Assembly: GCA_035392545.1 (NCBI GenBank)
Contig: DAONMJ010000001.1
Location: forward strand, 1-61,312
DNA: 61,312 bases
DNA from: a bacterium
GTDB lineage: Bacteria; Ratteibacteria; UBA8468; B48-G9; DTJG01
Direction of reading: 5' to 3'
The notes under the pieces were generated by a model. The model saw only the letters and a list, made by a program, of their open reading frames with translations. It was not told where the DNA came from and ran no database searches. The position numbers and the translations under genes were made by a program. Position 1 is the first letter of the stretch; the number at the start of each line of letters is the position of its first letter. Shown one piece after another: positions 18,473 to 29,757 of this stretch.

Positions 18473-20143
18473 ATGAAAGGCGCCCAAATCATTGTTGAAT
18501 GCTTGAAAAAAGAAAAGGTCGAGGTGATTTTTGGTTATCCAGGAGGCGTTGTATTACCACTGTGTGATGCGTTATATGATAGTGGAATCCGATTTATTCT
18601 CACAAGACACGAACAGGGTGCTGCGCATGCTGCGGATGGTTATGCAAGGGCTTCTGGAAAAGTGGGAGTATGTCTCGCGACGTCAGGACCAGGCGCCACA
18701 AATCTTGTTACAGGCATAGCAACCGCGTATATGGATTCAATTCCGTTAGTAGCAATTACAGGACAGGTTGCAACCCAGTTGATTGGCAATGATGCTTTTC
18801 AGGAAGTTGATACAACCGGTATTTCCAGACCAATTACAAAACACAATTATCTTGTAAAAAATACCGAACATCTTACCAGGGTATTCAAAGAAGCATTTTT
18901 TATCGCAAAAACTGGAAAGCCCGGACCGGTTCTTATAGATATTCCAGTTGACGTTCAAAGAGGAGAAGTAGATTTTGATTATCCTGAAACAATTGAAATA
19001 AGAAGTTATAAACCCGTGTATAATGGACATCCGGTTCAGATTGAACGCGCATTGTCATTAATTGAAACATCCAGACAACCTCTCATCCTTGCGGGCGGCG
19101 GAGTGATAAGCGCCAATGCTTCTGAACAACTTATAAAATTTGTAGAAAAAACAAACATTCCGGTTGCCCTGACATTAATGGGACTGGGAAGTTTCCCAAC
19201 CGAACATCCACTTCATCTTGGAATGGTTGGCATGCACGGCACAAGATACGGTAATAATGCGATTATGGAGACAGACCTCCTGATAGCAGTTGGATGCAGG
19301 TTTGATGATAGGGTAACAGGAAAAATCAGTGAATTCGCTCCACATGCGAAAATTATTCATATTGACATTGACCCTGCCTCTATCGGGAAAAATGTCCTGG
19401 TGGAAATACCAATTGTTGGAGATGTCAAGAACGTTCTATCTCAGATGCTTAAGAATTGCCCGAAAACAAAAATAGAAGAATGGCTTGCAAAAATACAACA
19501 ATGGAAGGAAAAATATCCTCTTACCTACAAGGATACTGATGGTCTTAAACCACAGTTTGTGGTTGAAACAATTTCCGAACTCACACAGGGCGAAGCAATT
19601 ATCGCAACAGAAGTTGGACAGAACCAGATGTGGGCGGCACAATACTATAGGTTCAAACATCCAAGAACATTTATCTCCTCTGGTGGACTGGGAACCATGG
19701 GATTTGGGTTTCCCGCAGCGATAGGTGCACAGGTGGCGTGCAGGGATAAAATCGTCGTGGACATAGCGGGAGATGGCAGTATCCAGATGAATATTCAGGA
19801 ACTCAGCACAGCGGTTTCCGAAAAAATCCCGGTTAAGGTTGTTATTTTAAACAATTGCCATCTTGGTATGGTAAGACAATGGCAGGAGCTTTTCTATAAT
19901 AAAAAATATGCCTTCACCTGTTTGAAAGGAAAACAACCGGACTTTGTTAAAATTGCAGAAGCGTATGGAGCCACAGGTTACAGGGTTACAAAAAAAGCCG
20001 AGTTAAGAAAAATACTTACAAAGGCATTTTCTCATAATGATGGCCCTGTATTTGTGGATTGTCATATAGAACCAGAAGAAAATGTTTTTCCGATGGTGCC
20101 AGCAGGTGCAAGTTTAAAAGAAATGATTGGAGGGCTCGCATAA
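18473..20143 (+). CDS. ilvB: acetolactate synthase (acetohydroxyacid synthase) large subunit
   Basis: This is a ThDP enzyme with FGYPGGVVLP, SGPGATNLVTG, GGLGTMGFGFPAAIGA and GDGSIQMNIQEL. The product is 556 aa and is followed by the small subunit. Confidence 0.92.
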   Translation: MKGAQIIVECLKKEKVEVIFGYPGGVVLPLCDALYDSGIRFILTRHEQGAAHAADGYARASGKVGVCLATSGPGATNLVTGIATAYMDSIPLVAITGQVATQLIGNDAFQEVDTTGISRPITKHNYLVKNTEHLTRVFKEAFFIAKTGKPGPVLIDIPVDVQRGEVDFDYPETIEIRSYKPVYNGHPVQIERALSLIETSRQPLILAGGGVISANASEQLIKFVEKTNIPVALTLMGLGSFPTEHPLHLGMVGMHGTRYGNNAIMETDLLIAVGCRFDDRVTGKISEFAPHAKIIHIDIDPASIGKNVLVEIPIVGDVKNVLSQMLKNCPKTKIEEWLAKIQQWKEKYPLTYKDTDGLKPQFVVETISELTQGEAIIATEVGQNQMWAAQYYRFKHPRTFISSGGLGTMGFGFPAAIGAQVACRDKIVVDIAGDGSIQMNIQELSTAVSEKIPVKVVILNNCHLGMVRQWQELFYNKKYAFTCLKGKQPDFVKIAEAYGATGYRVTKKAELRKILTKAFSHNDGPVFVDCHIEPEENVFPMVPAGASLKEMIGGLA

Positions 20144-20647
20144 ATGATAGAAAAAAATCAACACATCATTTCTGTCACTGTGGAAAACAGGTCCGGCGTT
20201 CTCGCGAGAATTGCTGGACTGTTTTCGGCTCGTGGTTATAATATTGATAGTCTTGCAGTTGCAGAAACAGAAGACCCAACTGTTTCAAGAATGTCCATTG
20301 CCGTAAGTGGAGACGAAAAAATACTTGAGCAGATATACAAACAACTTAATAAACTTGTTGACGTCATCAAAGTTCAGGATCTGACATCAGAGGAACATAT
20401 TGAAAGGGAGCTTGTGCTCCTCAAAGTCAACACTGCAAACAGCAATGTTAGAAATGAAATTGTACAACTGGTGAATATTTTCCGCGCTAAAATTGTCGAC
20501 GTGGGCAGAAAAAGTCTCACAATAGAACTTGTTGGTAGTAAACCCAAAGTTGACGCAATGATAGACCTTATGAAGGGCTTCGGTGTAAAAGAAATAACAA
20601 GAACAGGAAGAATTGCCATCTGCAGAGAAGCCGGAAAAGAAAAATAA
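20144..20647 (+). CDS. ilvN: acetolactate synthase small (regulatory, ACT-domain) subunit
   Basis: HIISVTVENRSGVLARIAGLFSARGYNIDSLAV is present. The product is 167 aa, and the start directly abuts the ilvB stop. Confidence 0.92.
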   Translation: MIEKNQHIISVTVENRSGVLARIAGLFSARGYNIDSLAVAETEDPTVSRMSIAVSGDEKILEQIYKQLNKLVDVIKVQDLTSEEHIERELVLLKVNTANSNVRNEIVQLVNIFRAKIVDVGRKSLTIELVGSKPKVDAMIDLMKGFGVKEITRTGRIAICREAGKEK

Positions 20648-20680
20648 ACAATTCACTTTTTAAACAGGTGGAGGAGAAAA

Positions 20681-21679
20681 ATGGCAAAAATTTATTATGA
20701 TAAGGATGCCGATTTAAGTGTTCTGAAAAACAAAACAGTTGGAATTATTGGTTATGGCAGTCAGGGCAGGGCACACGCGTTAAACCTGAGAGACAGCGGA
20801 GTAAATGTAATGGTATCAGAGTTGAAAGGAACAAACAACTGGATCCTTGCTGAAAAGGATAATTTTACTCCCGCAAGTACTGCAGAACTGGTAAAGAAAG
20901 CAGATATCATGATGATGTTAACCCAGGATAATCTGCAACCCGTTGTATACGAAAATGAAATCAAAACAAACATAAGAAATGGCCAGGCACTTGGTTTTGC
21001 TCATGGATTTTCAATCGTTTACAGTCAGATTAAAGTTCCTTCAAGCATTGACATATTCATGGTTGCACCAAAAGGACCCGGAGATCTGGTGAGAACACAA
21101 TTCACAGAAGGGAAGGGTGTACCATGCCTTGTTGCCGTTGAACAGAATCCCACTGGCAATGCTTTGAAAATCGCGCTTGCTTACGCAAAAGCACTCGGAG
21201 GTACGAGATGCGGAGTTGTTGAAACCACATTTCAGGAAGAAACAGAAACTGATCTTTTTGGAGAGCAGGTCGTTCTGTGCGGCGGGGTTACAGAACTCAT
21301 CAAAGCATCCTTTGAGACACTTGTGGAAGCAGGATATCAACCTGAAATTGCTTATTATGAAACGTGCCACGAACTGAAACTCATTGTTGATTTGATTATA
21401 GAACGAGGCATTCAGGGTATGCGAAAGGTCATCAGTGATACTGCAGAATATGGAGACATGACAAGAGGTCCAAGAATTATTGATGAATCTGTCCGTGAGG
21501 AAATGAAAAAAATATTGAAAGAAGTTCAGGATGGTGTGTTTGCTCGCGAGTGGATACTTGAAAACAGGGTTGGTAGGCCTGTATTCAATGCACTTGCAAA
21601 AAAAGCCGAAAAGCATCTGATAGAAGAAGTTGGGGCTAAAATGAGAAGTATGATGCCCTGGTTAAAAAAGAAACAATAA
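20681..21679 (+). CDS. ilvC: ketol-acid reductoisomerase (class I)
   Basis: [32 protein letters not shown] and [11 protein letters not shown] are present. The product is 332 aa. Confidence 0.95.
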   Translation: MAKIYYDKDADLSVLKNKTVGIIGYGSQGRAHALNLRDSGVNVMVSELKGTNNWILAEKDNFTPASTAELVKKADIMMMLTQDNLQPVVYENEIKTNIRNGQALGFAHGFSIVYSQIKVPSSIDIFMVAPKGPGDLVRTQFTEGKGVPCLVAVEQNPTGNALKIALAYAKALGGTRCGVVETTFQEETETDLFGEQVVLCGGVTELIKASFETLVEAGYQPEIAYYETCHELKLIVDLIIERGIQGMRKVISDTAEYGDMTRGPRIIDESVREEMKKILKEVQDGVFAREWILENRVGRPVFNALAKKAEKHLIEEVGAKMRSMMPWLKKKQ

Positions 21680-21732
21680 AATTATAATAAGGTTGAACCC
21701 GAAATTGTGGCTGTAACAAACGGAGGGTATCA

Positions 21733-22395
21733 ATGAACGAGTTTCTACTGGCGCCAACAAAAGAGCTGATTAGCAGATTGGGCGTTGCTATTTCAAAATT
21801 ACTCTTCGGACTGCTGGTTTTTATCGTTGGATGGATTGTTGCTAAGGTTTTCAAAATCCTGGCGACAAAGTTTCTGAAGATGCTTAAAATTGATAAACTT
21901 GTTGAGGATTCGGGATTCAGGGAAATATTGCTGAGAGGCCAAATAACAAAAGAACCTTCGGAATTGATGGCAAGTGTTATCTACTGGTTGCTTCTTATTG
22001 TGGTTGTTTTTCTTTCCATCAATGTGGCAGGCGTCCCCATTCCTCCGGAAGTTATTGAAAACCTCCTTTCGTTTATTCCTAAAATCATCATTGGCCTTAT
22101 CCTTTTTATTGCTTCACTCCTTGTGGGCAACATCGTTGAAGGGGTTGTGAATACAGCAGCAGGAAATGCAGGAATACAAAAGTCGTATATACTGGGAAAA
22201 ACAACAAAGGTTGTTATTATCATTTTTGGAGTGGTTCTTGCTCTTGATGAAATGGGTATAGGTGGAAATTTCGTCACGTCTGTTTTTAACATCATCCTTG
22301 CCAGCGGAGCACTCGCATTTGCACTTGCTTTTGGGCTCGGAGCAAAAGACGTGGTTAAAAATTGGCTTGAAGAATTTCTGACGAAAAAACAATGA
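21733..22395 (+). CDS. integral membrane protein with repeated conserved TM-helix segments (mechanosensitive-channel-related 'TM helix' type)
   Basis: 220 aa with four to five hydrophobic helices in a repeated pattern (LLFGLLVFIVGWIVAKV, IIIGLILFIASLLVGNIVEG). RBS GGAGGG lies upstream. The function is not assignable from sequence. Confidence 0.4.
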   Translation: MNEFLLAPTKELISRLGVAISKLLFGLLVFIVGWIVAKVFKILATKFLKMLKIDKLVEDSGFREILLRGQITKEPSELMASVIYWLLLIVVVFLSINVAGVPIPPEVIENLLSFIPKIIIGLILFIASLLVGNIVEGVVNTAAGNAGIQKSYILGKTTKVVIIIFGVVLALDEMGIGGNFVTSVFNIILASGALAFALAFGLGAKDVVKNWLEEFLTKKQ

Positions 22396-22949
22396 GGGTT
22401 TTTTCAGGAATTAAATTAACGGACATCTTGACTGATGAATTAGAACCAATCACTGTGATGCTTGCAAAACAAAAAAATGCAATAAAAATTGTCCCTGCAA
22501 AAAATTTGCATATCACACTTAGATTCCTTGGCAATATACACGAAGAAAAATATCAGGATTTTCTCCACAACATTCAAAATGCATTTACTTCCTTGATACC
22601 GTTTTCCATTGATGTGCAGGGTATTGGTTTTTTCCCAGACAGGAATCACATACGGGTCATCTGGGTTGGTGTTGAACAACATCCTGCTATTTTGCTTATT
22701 CACGATATTCTGGAAAGAGCGGCAACAAAAATCGGTTTACCCCCGGAAAACAAATTTCATGCCCATATCACTATTGGAAGAACGCGTTCGGCAATCGATT
22801 CAAATTTCATACACGATCTTGAAACCAAATTTCAACATGAACACTGGGGAAGAATGGAGATTAACCACATTACAATTTTTGAATCAATTCTTCATCAAAC
22901 CGGGCCAGAATATAAAGAACTCGTAAACATTCCCATAGGAGGAAATTGA
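22392..22949 (+). CDS. thpR: RNA 2',3'-cyclic phosphodiesterase (2H phosphoesterase, ThpR/LigT)
   Basis: Two HxT/S motifs are present: [10 protein letters not shown] and [10 protein letters not shown]. The product is 185 aa and sits immediately upstream of recA. Confidence 0.75.
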   Translation: MRVFSGIKLTDILTDELEPITVMLAKQKNAIKIVPAKNLHITLRFLGNIHEEKYQDFLHNIQNAFTSLIPFSIDVQGIGFFPDRNHIRVIWVGVEQHPAILLIHDILERAATKIGLPPENKFHAHITIGRTRSAIDSNFIHDLETKFQHEHWGRMEINHITIFESILHQTGPEYKELVNIPIGGN

Positions 22950-22950
22950 T

Positions 22951-23979
22951 ATGGATAAAGAAAAAGCCCTTTCAATGGCGATTGAACAAATTGAGAAAAA
23001 TTTCGGAAAAGGTTCTATCATGAAACTCGGGGAAAAAACGCGACTTGAGGTTGACGCCATTCCCACAGGAGCAATTTCCCTTGATATCGCGCTCGGCGTC
23101 GGGGGCATTCCAAGAGGAAGAATTACTGAAATTTTTGGACAGGAATCCTCAGGAAAAACAACCCTGGCGTTACAGGTAATTGCTGAGGCACAAAAAAATG
23201 GAGGTCAGGCAGCATTTATTGATGCAGAACATGCCCTTAATCCTAATTACGCACAAAAACTTGGAGTAAACCTGGATGAATTATTGATAAGCCAGCCAGA
23301 TACTGGAGAACAGGCGCTGGAAATCGCGGAGTCCCTGATACGAAGCAATGCAATCGACGTTGTCGTCATTGATTCTGTTGCAGCGCTTGTTCCAAGAGCG
23401 GAACTGGAAGGGGAAATGGGAGACTCTGTCATGGGACTTCAGGCAAGATTGATGTCACAGGCATTAAGAAAACTGACGGGCTACATCAGCAAATCCCAGA
23501 CTGCTGCTATTTTCATTAATCAGGTAAGGGAAAAAATTGGAGTGTTTTTTGGAAATCCTGAAACGACCCCAGGTGGACGAGCGTTGAAATTCTATTCTTC
23601 TGTCAGGCTTGAAGTCAGACGGATTGAGAATCTCAAAACAAGTCAGGGAGAAATGTATGGAATCAGGATAAAAACCAAGATTGTAAAAAATAAGGTTGCT
23701 CCGCCTTTCAAGGAAGCAGAAATAGATATTTTGTTTGATTCGGGTGTCTCAAAGGAAGGATCAACAATAGATGCAGGACTATCCCTTAATGTGATTGAAA
23801 AAAAAGGAAATCATTTCTATTTTGGCGAAAAGGCACTGGGACACGGAAGAGAAAGTACTATCAAATTTTTGAAAGACAATCCCGACGTATATCAACAACT
23901 GATAAAAAAACTAAGACAAAAGGCTGGCCTGGAAAAAGAGGTAGAACAAACAGGTCAGGAAAAAGGAAAAACAAAATAA
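22951..23979 (+). CDS. recA: recombinase RecA
   Basis: [19 protein letters not shown], Walker [25 protein letters not shown] and [22 protein letters not shown] are present. Confidence 0.97.
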   Translation: MDKEKALSMAIEQIEKNFGKGSIMKLGEKTRLEVDAIPTGAISLDIALGVGGIPRGRITEIFGQESSGKTTLALQVIAEAQKNGGQAAFIDAEHALNPNYAQKLGVNLDELLISQPDTGEQALEIAESLIRSNAIDVVVIDSVAALVPRAELEGEMGDSVMGLQARLMSQALRKLTGYISKSQTAAIFINQVREKIGVFFGNPETTPGGRALKFYSSVRLEVRRIENLKTSQGEMYGIRIKTKIVKNKVAPPFKEAEIDILFDSGVSKEGSTIDAGLSLNVIEKKGNHFYFGEKALGHGRESTIKFLKDNPDVYQQLIKKLRQKAGLEKEVEQTGQEKGKTK

Positions 23980-23993
23980 CATAGGAGGGGAAA

Positions 23994-25172
23994 ATGGGGA
24001 AAAAACAAATCAATGTAGGTTTGATTGGTTATAAGTTTATGGGAAAAGCCCACTCACATGCATACAGGGATATATCTTTATTTTTTGATACGTCTGTTGT
24101 CCCGGTAATGAAAATGATATGCGGAAGACATGACGTCCCATTATCAATCGCGCAAGAAAAGTTCGGATGGCAGGAAAGAACAACCGACTGGAAAAAAATT
24201 ACGAGCAGTCCAGAAATTGACCTGGTGGATATCACCACGCCTCCTGATGAACATAAAGATATTGCAATTGAAGCCGCAAAGGAGGGAAAAGTCGTATTCT
24301 GTGAAAAACCACTTGCAAATTCCTTAAAAGAGGGATATGAAATGCTTGAGGCAGTTGAAAAGTACAAGGTCAAACACGCAATCTGTTTCAATTATAGAAA
24401 ACTGCCCGCAGTGGGACTGGCAAAAAAACTTATTGAAGAAGGCAAACTTGGAAAAATTTACCATGTACGTGCTGTGTATCTTCAGGACTGGATACTTGAC
24501 CCTGAATTTCCGCTTGTGTGGCGATTGCAAAAAAATATCGCTGGTTCAGGAGCACACGGAGATTTGAATGCACATCTTATTGATATGACCAGATACCTTG
24601 TTGGAGAATTCAGCGAGGTAGTTGGGGTAAGCGAAACATTCATAAAAGAGAGACCCCTTTTAATAGAAAAAGATGATTTGAACACAGGTCTGGTTGTAAC
24701 AGAAAAATCTGACAAAAAAGGCAAAGTTGATGTTGATGATGCCACACTTTTTCTTGCAAGATTTGAAAATGGTGCGATAGGTTCTTTTGAAGCCACAAGG
24801 TTCGCTCCTGGAAGGAAAAATGGTCAGAAATGGGAAATCAATGGAAGCAAAGGCAGCATCGTTTTTAATCTGGAACGGCTGAATGAACTTGAATATTACT
24901 CAGTTGACGACCCTGCGTGCGTTCAGGGATTTCGCACCATTCTTGCTACAGACGCATCCCATCCTTACGCTGCAAACTGGTGGCCAGCAGGACATATTAT
25001 AGGTTACGGAGATTCGTTTGTGAACATGGTGGCAGATGTATTGAATTGTGTCGCAACAAACAAAATGCCATCTCCAAACTTCGCAGATGGAGTAAAGTGT
25101 CAGGAAGTACTGGAAGCAGTGGAAGAGTCCATCATGCAGGGGAAATGGGTAAAAATTAAATCAAAAGTCTAA
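23994..25172 (+). CDS. Gfo/Idh/MocA family oxidoreductase
   Basis: An N-terminal Rossmann segment INVGLIGYKFMGKAHSHAY and the EKPLA motif ([10 protein letters not shown]) are present. The product is 392 aa. Confidence 0.75.
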   Translation: MGKKQINVGLIGYKFMGKAHSHAYRDISLFFDTSVVPVMKMICGRHDVPLSIAQEKFGWQERTTDWKKITSSPEIDLVDITTPPDEHKDIAIEAAKEGKVVFCEKPLANSLKEGYEMLEAVEKYKVKHAICFNYRKLPAVGLAKKLIEEGKLGKIYHVRAVYLQDWILDPEFPLVWRLQKNIAGSGAHGDLNAHLIDMTRYLVGEFSEVVGVSETFIKERPLLIEKDDLNTGLVVTEKSDKKGKVDVDDATLFLARFENGAIGSFEATRFAPGRKNGQKWEINGSKGSIVFNLERLNELEYYSVDDPACVQGFRTILATDASHPYAANWWPAGHIIGYGDSFVNMVADVLNCVATNKMPSPNFADGVKCQEVLEAVEESIMQGKWVKIKSKV

Positions 25173-25233
25173 ACCTCCTTTTGATTTCTTGCATCTAAAA
25201 ATTTGAGCAAACAAAAAAATCAAGGAGGTAATC

Positions 25234-26724
25234 ATGGAAATGAAAAAATTTGTCGGGTTTGGTATCATAGCAGGAATTATTGGAGGTTGTTTAACATTTG
25301 GGGCGATCTATGCGGTTACAAAACAAGGTATACAGGTAGGAACCAATATAAAACCGGTTCAGGTGGTTGATACCTCGGGTGCATATACCCTCCAGAATGC
25401 ATTTGTACAGGTTGCAAAAATGGTCAAACCAGCAGTGGTGATGATCACGACAGAAAAAACCGTTACATACAGGTACTGGAATCCTTTTGGAAATGATCTT
25501 TTTGACCAATTTTTTGAAGATTTTGGATTTTCGCGACCGCGACAACAGCAACCAAAAACATTCAAGAAAAAACAGGAAGGACTTGGCTCAGGATTTATTG
25601 TAGATGAGGAGGGTTATATCCTTACAAATAATCACGTTATACAGGGAGTGGACAGAATTCTTGTGAAACTGATGAATGATGAAAAAAAGTACGAAGCAAA
25701 AATTATTGGTACAGATTCCAGGACAGACCTTGCCCTTATCAAAATCAATACCGGAAAGAAACTTCCTGCAGCCACACTGGGTGATTCAGATACAATCGAA
25801 ATTGGCGAATGGGCTATTGCCATAGGAAACCCGATGGGACTTGAAGAAACATTAACAGTTGGAGTAGTAAGTGCCAAGGGGAGAAACGTGCTTGGAACAA
25901 GTCCCTATGAGGATTTCATACAAACCGATGCGGCTATTAATCCTGGAAATTCAGGAGGACCCCTTGTAAATATAAAGGGCGAGGTAATAGGAATAAATAC
26001 AGCCATTATCGCACCCTATGTTGCCCAGAATATTGGCTTTGCAATACCAATCAACATTGCAAAAAAAGTTTTCAGAGAATTGAAATCGTCAGGAAAAGTT
26101 ACCCGGGGATTCCTGGGAGTATATCTTCAACCAGTTACCGAAGAACTGGCCTCTTCTTTTGGTTTGAAAGAAACAAAAGGAGCCCTGGTATCAGATGTAA
26201 TGCCTGACACACCTGCTGAAAAAGGGGGTTTGAAACCAGGCGATGTCATCCTTGAATTTAATGGAAATTCTGTCACAGACACAAAAGATTTACAAAAAAA
26301 GGTTGCTGATGCAAAAGTGGGAGAAACGGCGACATTGACCGTATGGCGAGATAAGAAAAAAATTAACGTTCAGATAAAAATAGCTGAAAGACCCGAAGAA
26401 GATACGATCGCAAAATCCGAAAGTGAGTCCACGGGAAAAACATGGAGAGGTCTGAAAATCAGCGATATGACAGAAGAAATAAGAAAACAATTTAATATAG
26501 ATGCTTCATTAAAAGGAGTAATAGTTATCAATGTAGAACCAGGTTCCCCTGCAGAAGAATGTGAAATTACGGCAGGAACAGTGATAAGAAAAATTAATGA
26601 ATGGACCGTCTCAAATGCAAAAGAGTTTCAAACAATAATCAGTAAGATTGACAAAAAATCTTCTGTCACGCTGTGGGTGCAACAGGAAGGGAAAAATAGA
26701 TTTTGCGTTCTCAAAGGTGAATAA
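25234..26724 (+). CDS. htrA: periplasmic serine endoprotease, HtrA/DegP (Do) family, two PDZ domains
   Basis: An N-terminal TM/signal segment is followed by TNNHVI (His), DLALIKI (Asp) and GNSGGPLVN (Ser). Two PDZ-like segments follow (GFLGVYLQPV..., WRGLKISDM...). Confidence 0.9.
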   Translation: MEMKKFVGFGIIAGIIGGCLTFGAIYAVTKQGIQVGTNIKPVQVVDTSGAYTLQNAFVQVAKMVKPAVVMITTEKTVTYRYWNPFGNDLFDQFFEDFGFSRPRQQQPKTFKKKQEGLGSGFIVDEEGYILTNNHVIQGVDRILVKLMNDEKKYEAKIIGTDSRTDLALIKINTGKKLPAATLGDSDTIEIGEWAIAIGNPMGLEETLTVGVVSAKGRNVLGTSPYEDFIQTDAAINPGNSGGPLVNIKGEVIGINTAIIAPYVAQNIGFAIPINIAKKVFRELKSSGKVTRGFLGVYLQPVTEELASSFGLKETKGALVSDVMPDTPAEKGGLKPGDVILEFNGNSVTDTKDLQKKVADAKVGETATLTVWRDKKKINVQIKIAERPEEDTIAKSESESTGKTWRGLKISDMTEEIRKQFNIDASLKGVIVINVEPGSPAEECEITAGTVIRKINEWTVSNAKEFQTIISKIDKKSSVTLWVQQEGKNRFCVLKGE

Positions 26725-27151
26725 AAATAATAATATCCTGCGGGATGCCCTGAAAATATTGAGGATTAAAGAAATTTCTGAAATCAAACTCAGGCAGAAC
26801 CTTGAGAAAAAAGGATACAGGGATCCAGAACTATCAGAAACAATAAACTACCTGAAATCAAGAAATTTTCTGAACGATTACAGGTTCTGTAACCTGATTA
26901 TAGAAAAGAACATTAAAAAAAAGAGAGGTTTGAATTATATCCGATATCTCCTCACCAATGATGGCATCCCTGAAACGATCATATCTGAATCACTTGCAAA
27001 AATGTATCCAGAGAGTTTAGAATATACAATAGCGAGGGAATTAGTATTGTCACTCAAAAAACCGTTTCGAAAGATGCTGTATATTTTGACTTCAAAAGGT
27101 TTCAGTGAACAAACCATAGAAAAACTGAAAGGGGAAATCAGTGAAGAGTAA
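26717..27151 (+). CDS. recX: RecX-like recombination regulator
   Basis: Three-helix-repeat pattern (EISEIKLRQNLEKKGY, INYLKSRNFLNDYRFCNLIIEK, IRYLLTNDGIPETII, ILTSKGFSEQTI). GTG 26717 overlaps the htrA stop and is preferred to ATG 26648, which would overlap htrA by 77 nt. Confidence 0.55.
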   Translation: MNKNNNILRDALKILRIKEISEIKLRQNLEKKGYRDPELSETINYLKSRNFLNDYRFCNLIIEKNIKKKRGLNYIRYLLTNDGIPETIISESLAKMYPESLEYTIARELVLSLKKPFRKMLYILTSKGFSEQTIEKLKGEISEE

Positions 27152-29753
27152 TGAAATACGCAAGAAATTTCTGGAGTTTTTTGAAAAAAAAAGCCATACA
27201 GTTGTCCCGAGTAGCAGTCTAATACCATTTGAAGATCCAACCCTATTGTTTACGAGCGCTGGCATGGTACAGTTTAAAAAATTCTGGGCAACAGAAGTGC
27301 CACTGCCTTACTCGCGAGCAACGTCCTGTCAGAAATGCCTACGAGCAGGAGGAAAAGACAGTGATCTTGAAAAAATTGGATTAAGTGGAAGACACCACAC
27401 TTTTTTTGAAATGCTTGGCAATTTCTCTTTCGGTGATTACTTTAAAGAAGAAGCCATTCATTGGGCATGGGAATTTGTTACCCTGATACTGAAAATCAGT
27501 AAAGAAAAACTCTGGGCTTCGTATTACCTGGAAGACGAAGAAACCCTGAAAATCTGGAAAAAACTACTGCCAGAAAATAAAATTATACCACTGGGAAAGA
27601 AGGATAATTTCTGGGGACCTGCGGGAGAAACAGGACCCTGCGGACCCTGTACTGAAATATATATTGACTCAGGAATTGATGCCCTTTGCACAAATAAAGA
27701 TTGTAAACCAGGTTGTGATTGTGACCGTTTCCTTGAATTCTGGAATCTCGTTTTCCCGCAATATAATCAGCAGATGGATGGACAGTTGCTACCACTAAAG
27801 AGAAGAGGAGTTGATACAGGCATGGGGCTTGAAAGAATCACCAGAATTATGCAGGATAAGAAATCAAATTATGAAACAGATCTTTTCGTACCATTAATAG
27901 AAAAACTTGAACAGATCGCAGATGAAAAGTATACAGAAAAAACAATCAAAGAATTCAGAATCATTGCTGACCATAGCCGGGCAATTGTATTTCTCATTGG
28001 CGACGGTGTTTACCCTGACAATGAGGGTAGAGGATATGTGCTGAGGAGAATCATAAGAAGAGCGTATTTTCAGGGGACAAAAATTGGTTTAAACCAACCT
28101 TTTATTACATCCCTGCTGAATCCAATGATTGCAATTTTTGATGGCGTATATCCTGAAATTGTTGGGAGAAAGGAAGAAATAGAGAATATTGTTATTGAAG
28201 AAGAAAAGAAATTCTCTGGATTGCTTTCCTCTGCAAAAAAAATTTTTGATGCGGACACATCAAAAATAACAGATAGGGTGATTCCAGGAAAACTTCTTTT
28301 TAAGTGGTATGATACATATGGAATCCCACGGGACCTTATTTCTGAACTTGCAGAAGAAAACCATTTTTCACCAGATTGGCAGGAATTTGATCATTATTTG
28401 CAGAAACAACAGGAACAGGCAAGGAAAAAATCTGTTTTTGAACAAAAAAAACAGGTTGTGTTTGAAATTAATTCATTAAGCGAAACCACTTTTACAGGAT
28501 ACAGTAATCACGAAGAACATTGTAATACTGTCGCCCTGTATTATCTACCCGATAAGAAAACCTGGGAAATCGTGCTGGATAAATCACCATTTTATGCTGA
28601 AAAAGGAGGGCAGGTAGGTGATAAAGGGATTATCAGAGGAAATCAATGGTGTTTTGAGGTTATTGATTCCCAGATCGACTCAAGAGGAATTATTTATCAT
28701 GTTGGTCACTTCACTGTTGGAACCCCACAGGATGTAAAAGAACGAGAAAAAGCATTGGCTTCGGTTTCACTGAAACACAGAATGGATGTTTCAGCAAATC
28801 ATACTGCAACTCATCTTATTCATTATTGTTTAAGACAAATTTCAAACAATCAAGCCAAACAGGCAGGATCATACGTAGGACCGGATAGATTAAGATTTGA
28901 TTTTCTTTACCCGGGTCAAATTGACCAGGAAGCAATTGAAAAATTGGAATTACAGGTCAATGAAATTATTTTCGAAAATTACCCTGTAAAAATTGAACAG
29001 ATGAGTTATCAACAGGCAGTAAGTAATGGTGCAGTTGCATTATTTACTGAAAAATATGGAAAAACAGTGAGGGTGGTCAGGACAGGTGATTTTCATTCAG
29101 AATTGTGCGGTGGAATTCATGTTTCCAGAACATCTGAAATCGGTATATTCAGAATTATCTCGTTTTCTTCTATTGGTGAAAATCTCAAAAGGATAGAAGC
29201 CGTTACAAGAGAAAACGCCTATCAATGGTTCAGAAAACGATGGGAAATTCTGTACCAGGCAAGTAACCTGCTTAAAACCAATCCTGAAAACCTGGCATCT
29301 TCAATTATTAAATTAAAAAAACAGGTTCAGGAACTTGAGGAAAAAATTGAAACCATTCTTGAAAAAGCAACAACCGATATTCCGTCCACGCTGAAGAAAA
29401 ACAGCAAGAATATTGTTATAAAGGGATATGATGCAACGCTCATGGCAGGTCGAGTGGATGGATTAACGACTGACCAGCTTGGTAAAATTGCTGATACTGT
29501 TTCCTCTGAAGCAAATAAATTAATCATTCTTCTCGCCGGTATTCTTGACGGAAGGGTTCTTGTTATATGTAAGGTCACGCCTGATATTTCAGGCATGGCA
29601 CCCGCATCTTTAATTGTCAAGCATATCGCGAAAATGGTGGATGGTAATGGTGGTGGAAAATCAGAATTCGCTCAGGGTTCGGGAAAAGACACGAGAAAAA
29701 TCGATGAGATTATAAAAAGTGCCCATGACATAGTTATGAATATCGTAAAATAA
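27141..29753 (+). CDS. alaS: alanine--tRNA ligase
   Basis: 870 aa with a GTG start. IRKKFLEFFEKKSH, FTSAGMVQFK, RHHTFFEMLGNFSFGDYFK, the editing-domain motif HTATHL...CGGIHV and a C-terminal DHHA1-like region are present. Confidence 0.95.
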   Translation: MKSNEIRKKFLEFFEKKSHTVVPSSSLIPFEDPTLLFTSAGMVQFKKFWATEVPLPYSRATSCQKCLRAGGKDSDLEKIGLSGRHHTFFEMLGNFSFGDYFKEEAIHWAWEFVTLILKISKEKLWASYYLEDEETLKIWKKLLPENKIIPLGKKDNFWGPAGETGPCGPCTEIYIDSGIDALCTNKDCKPGCDCDRFLEFWNLVFPQYNQQMDGQLLPLKRRGVDTGMGLERITRIMQDKKSNYETDLFVPLIEKLEQIADEKYTEKTIKEFRIIADHSRAIVFLIGDGVYPDNEGRGYVLRRIIRRAYFQGTKIGLNQPFITSLLNPMIAIFDGVYPEIVGRKEEIENIVIEEEKKFSGLLSSAKKIFDADTSKITDRVIPGKLLFKWYDTYGIPRDLISELAEENHFSPDWQEFDHYLQKQQEQARKKSVFEQKKQVVFEINSLSETTFTGYSNHEEHCNTVALYYLPDKKTWEIVLDKSPFYAEKGGQVGDKGIIRGNQWCFEVIDSQIDSRGIIYHVGHFTVGTPQDVKEREKALASVSLKHRMDVSANHTATHLIHYCLRQISNNQAKQAGSYVGPDRLRFDFLYPGQIDQEAIEKLELQVNEIIFENYPVKIEQMSYQQAVSNGAVALFTEKYGKTVRVVRTGDFHSELCGGIHVSRTSEIGIFRIISFSSIGENLKRIEAVTRENAYQWFRKRWEILYQASNLLKTNPENLASSIIKLKKQVQELEEKIETILEKATTDIPSTLKKNSKNIVIKGYDATLMAGRVDGLTTDQLGKIADTVSSEANKLIILLAGILDGRVLVICKVTPDISGMAPASLIVKHIAKMVDGNGGGKSEFAQGSGKDTRKIDEIIKSAHDIVMNIVK

Positions 29754-29757
29754 TCCA

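Noticed and set aside
25161-25184. Inverted repeat TCAAAAG-N10-CTTTTGA after the Gfo/Idh/MocA gene, considered as an intrinsic terminator
   Set aside because: The stem is almost entirely A/T, the loop is 10 nt and the following T-run is interrupted (TTTCTTG). It is too weak to call.
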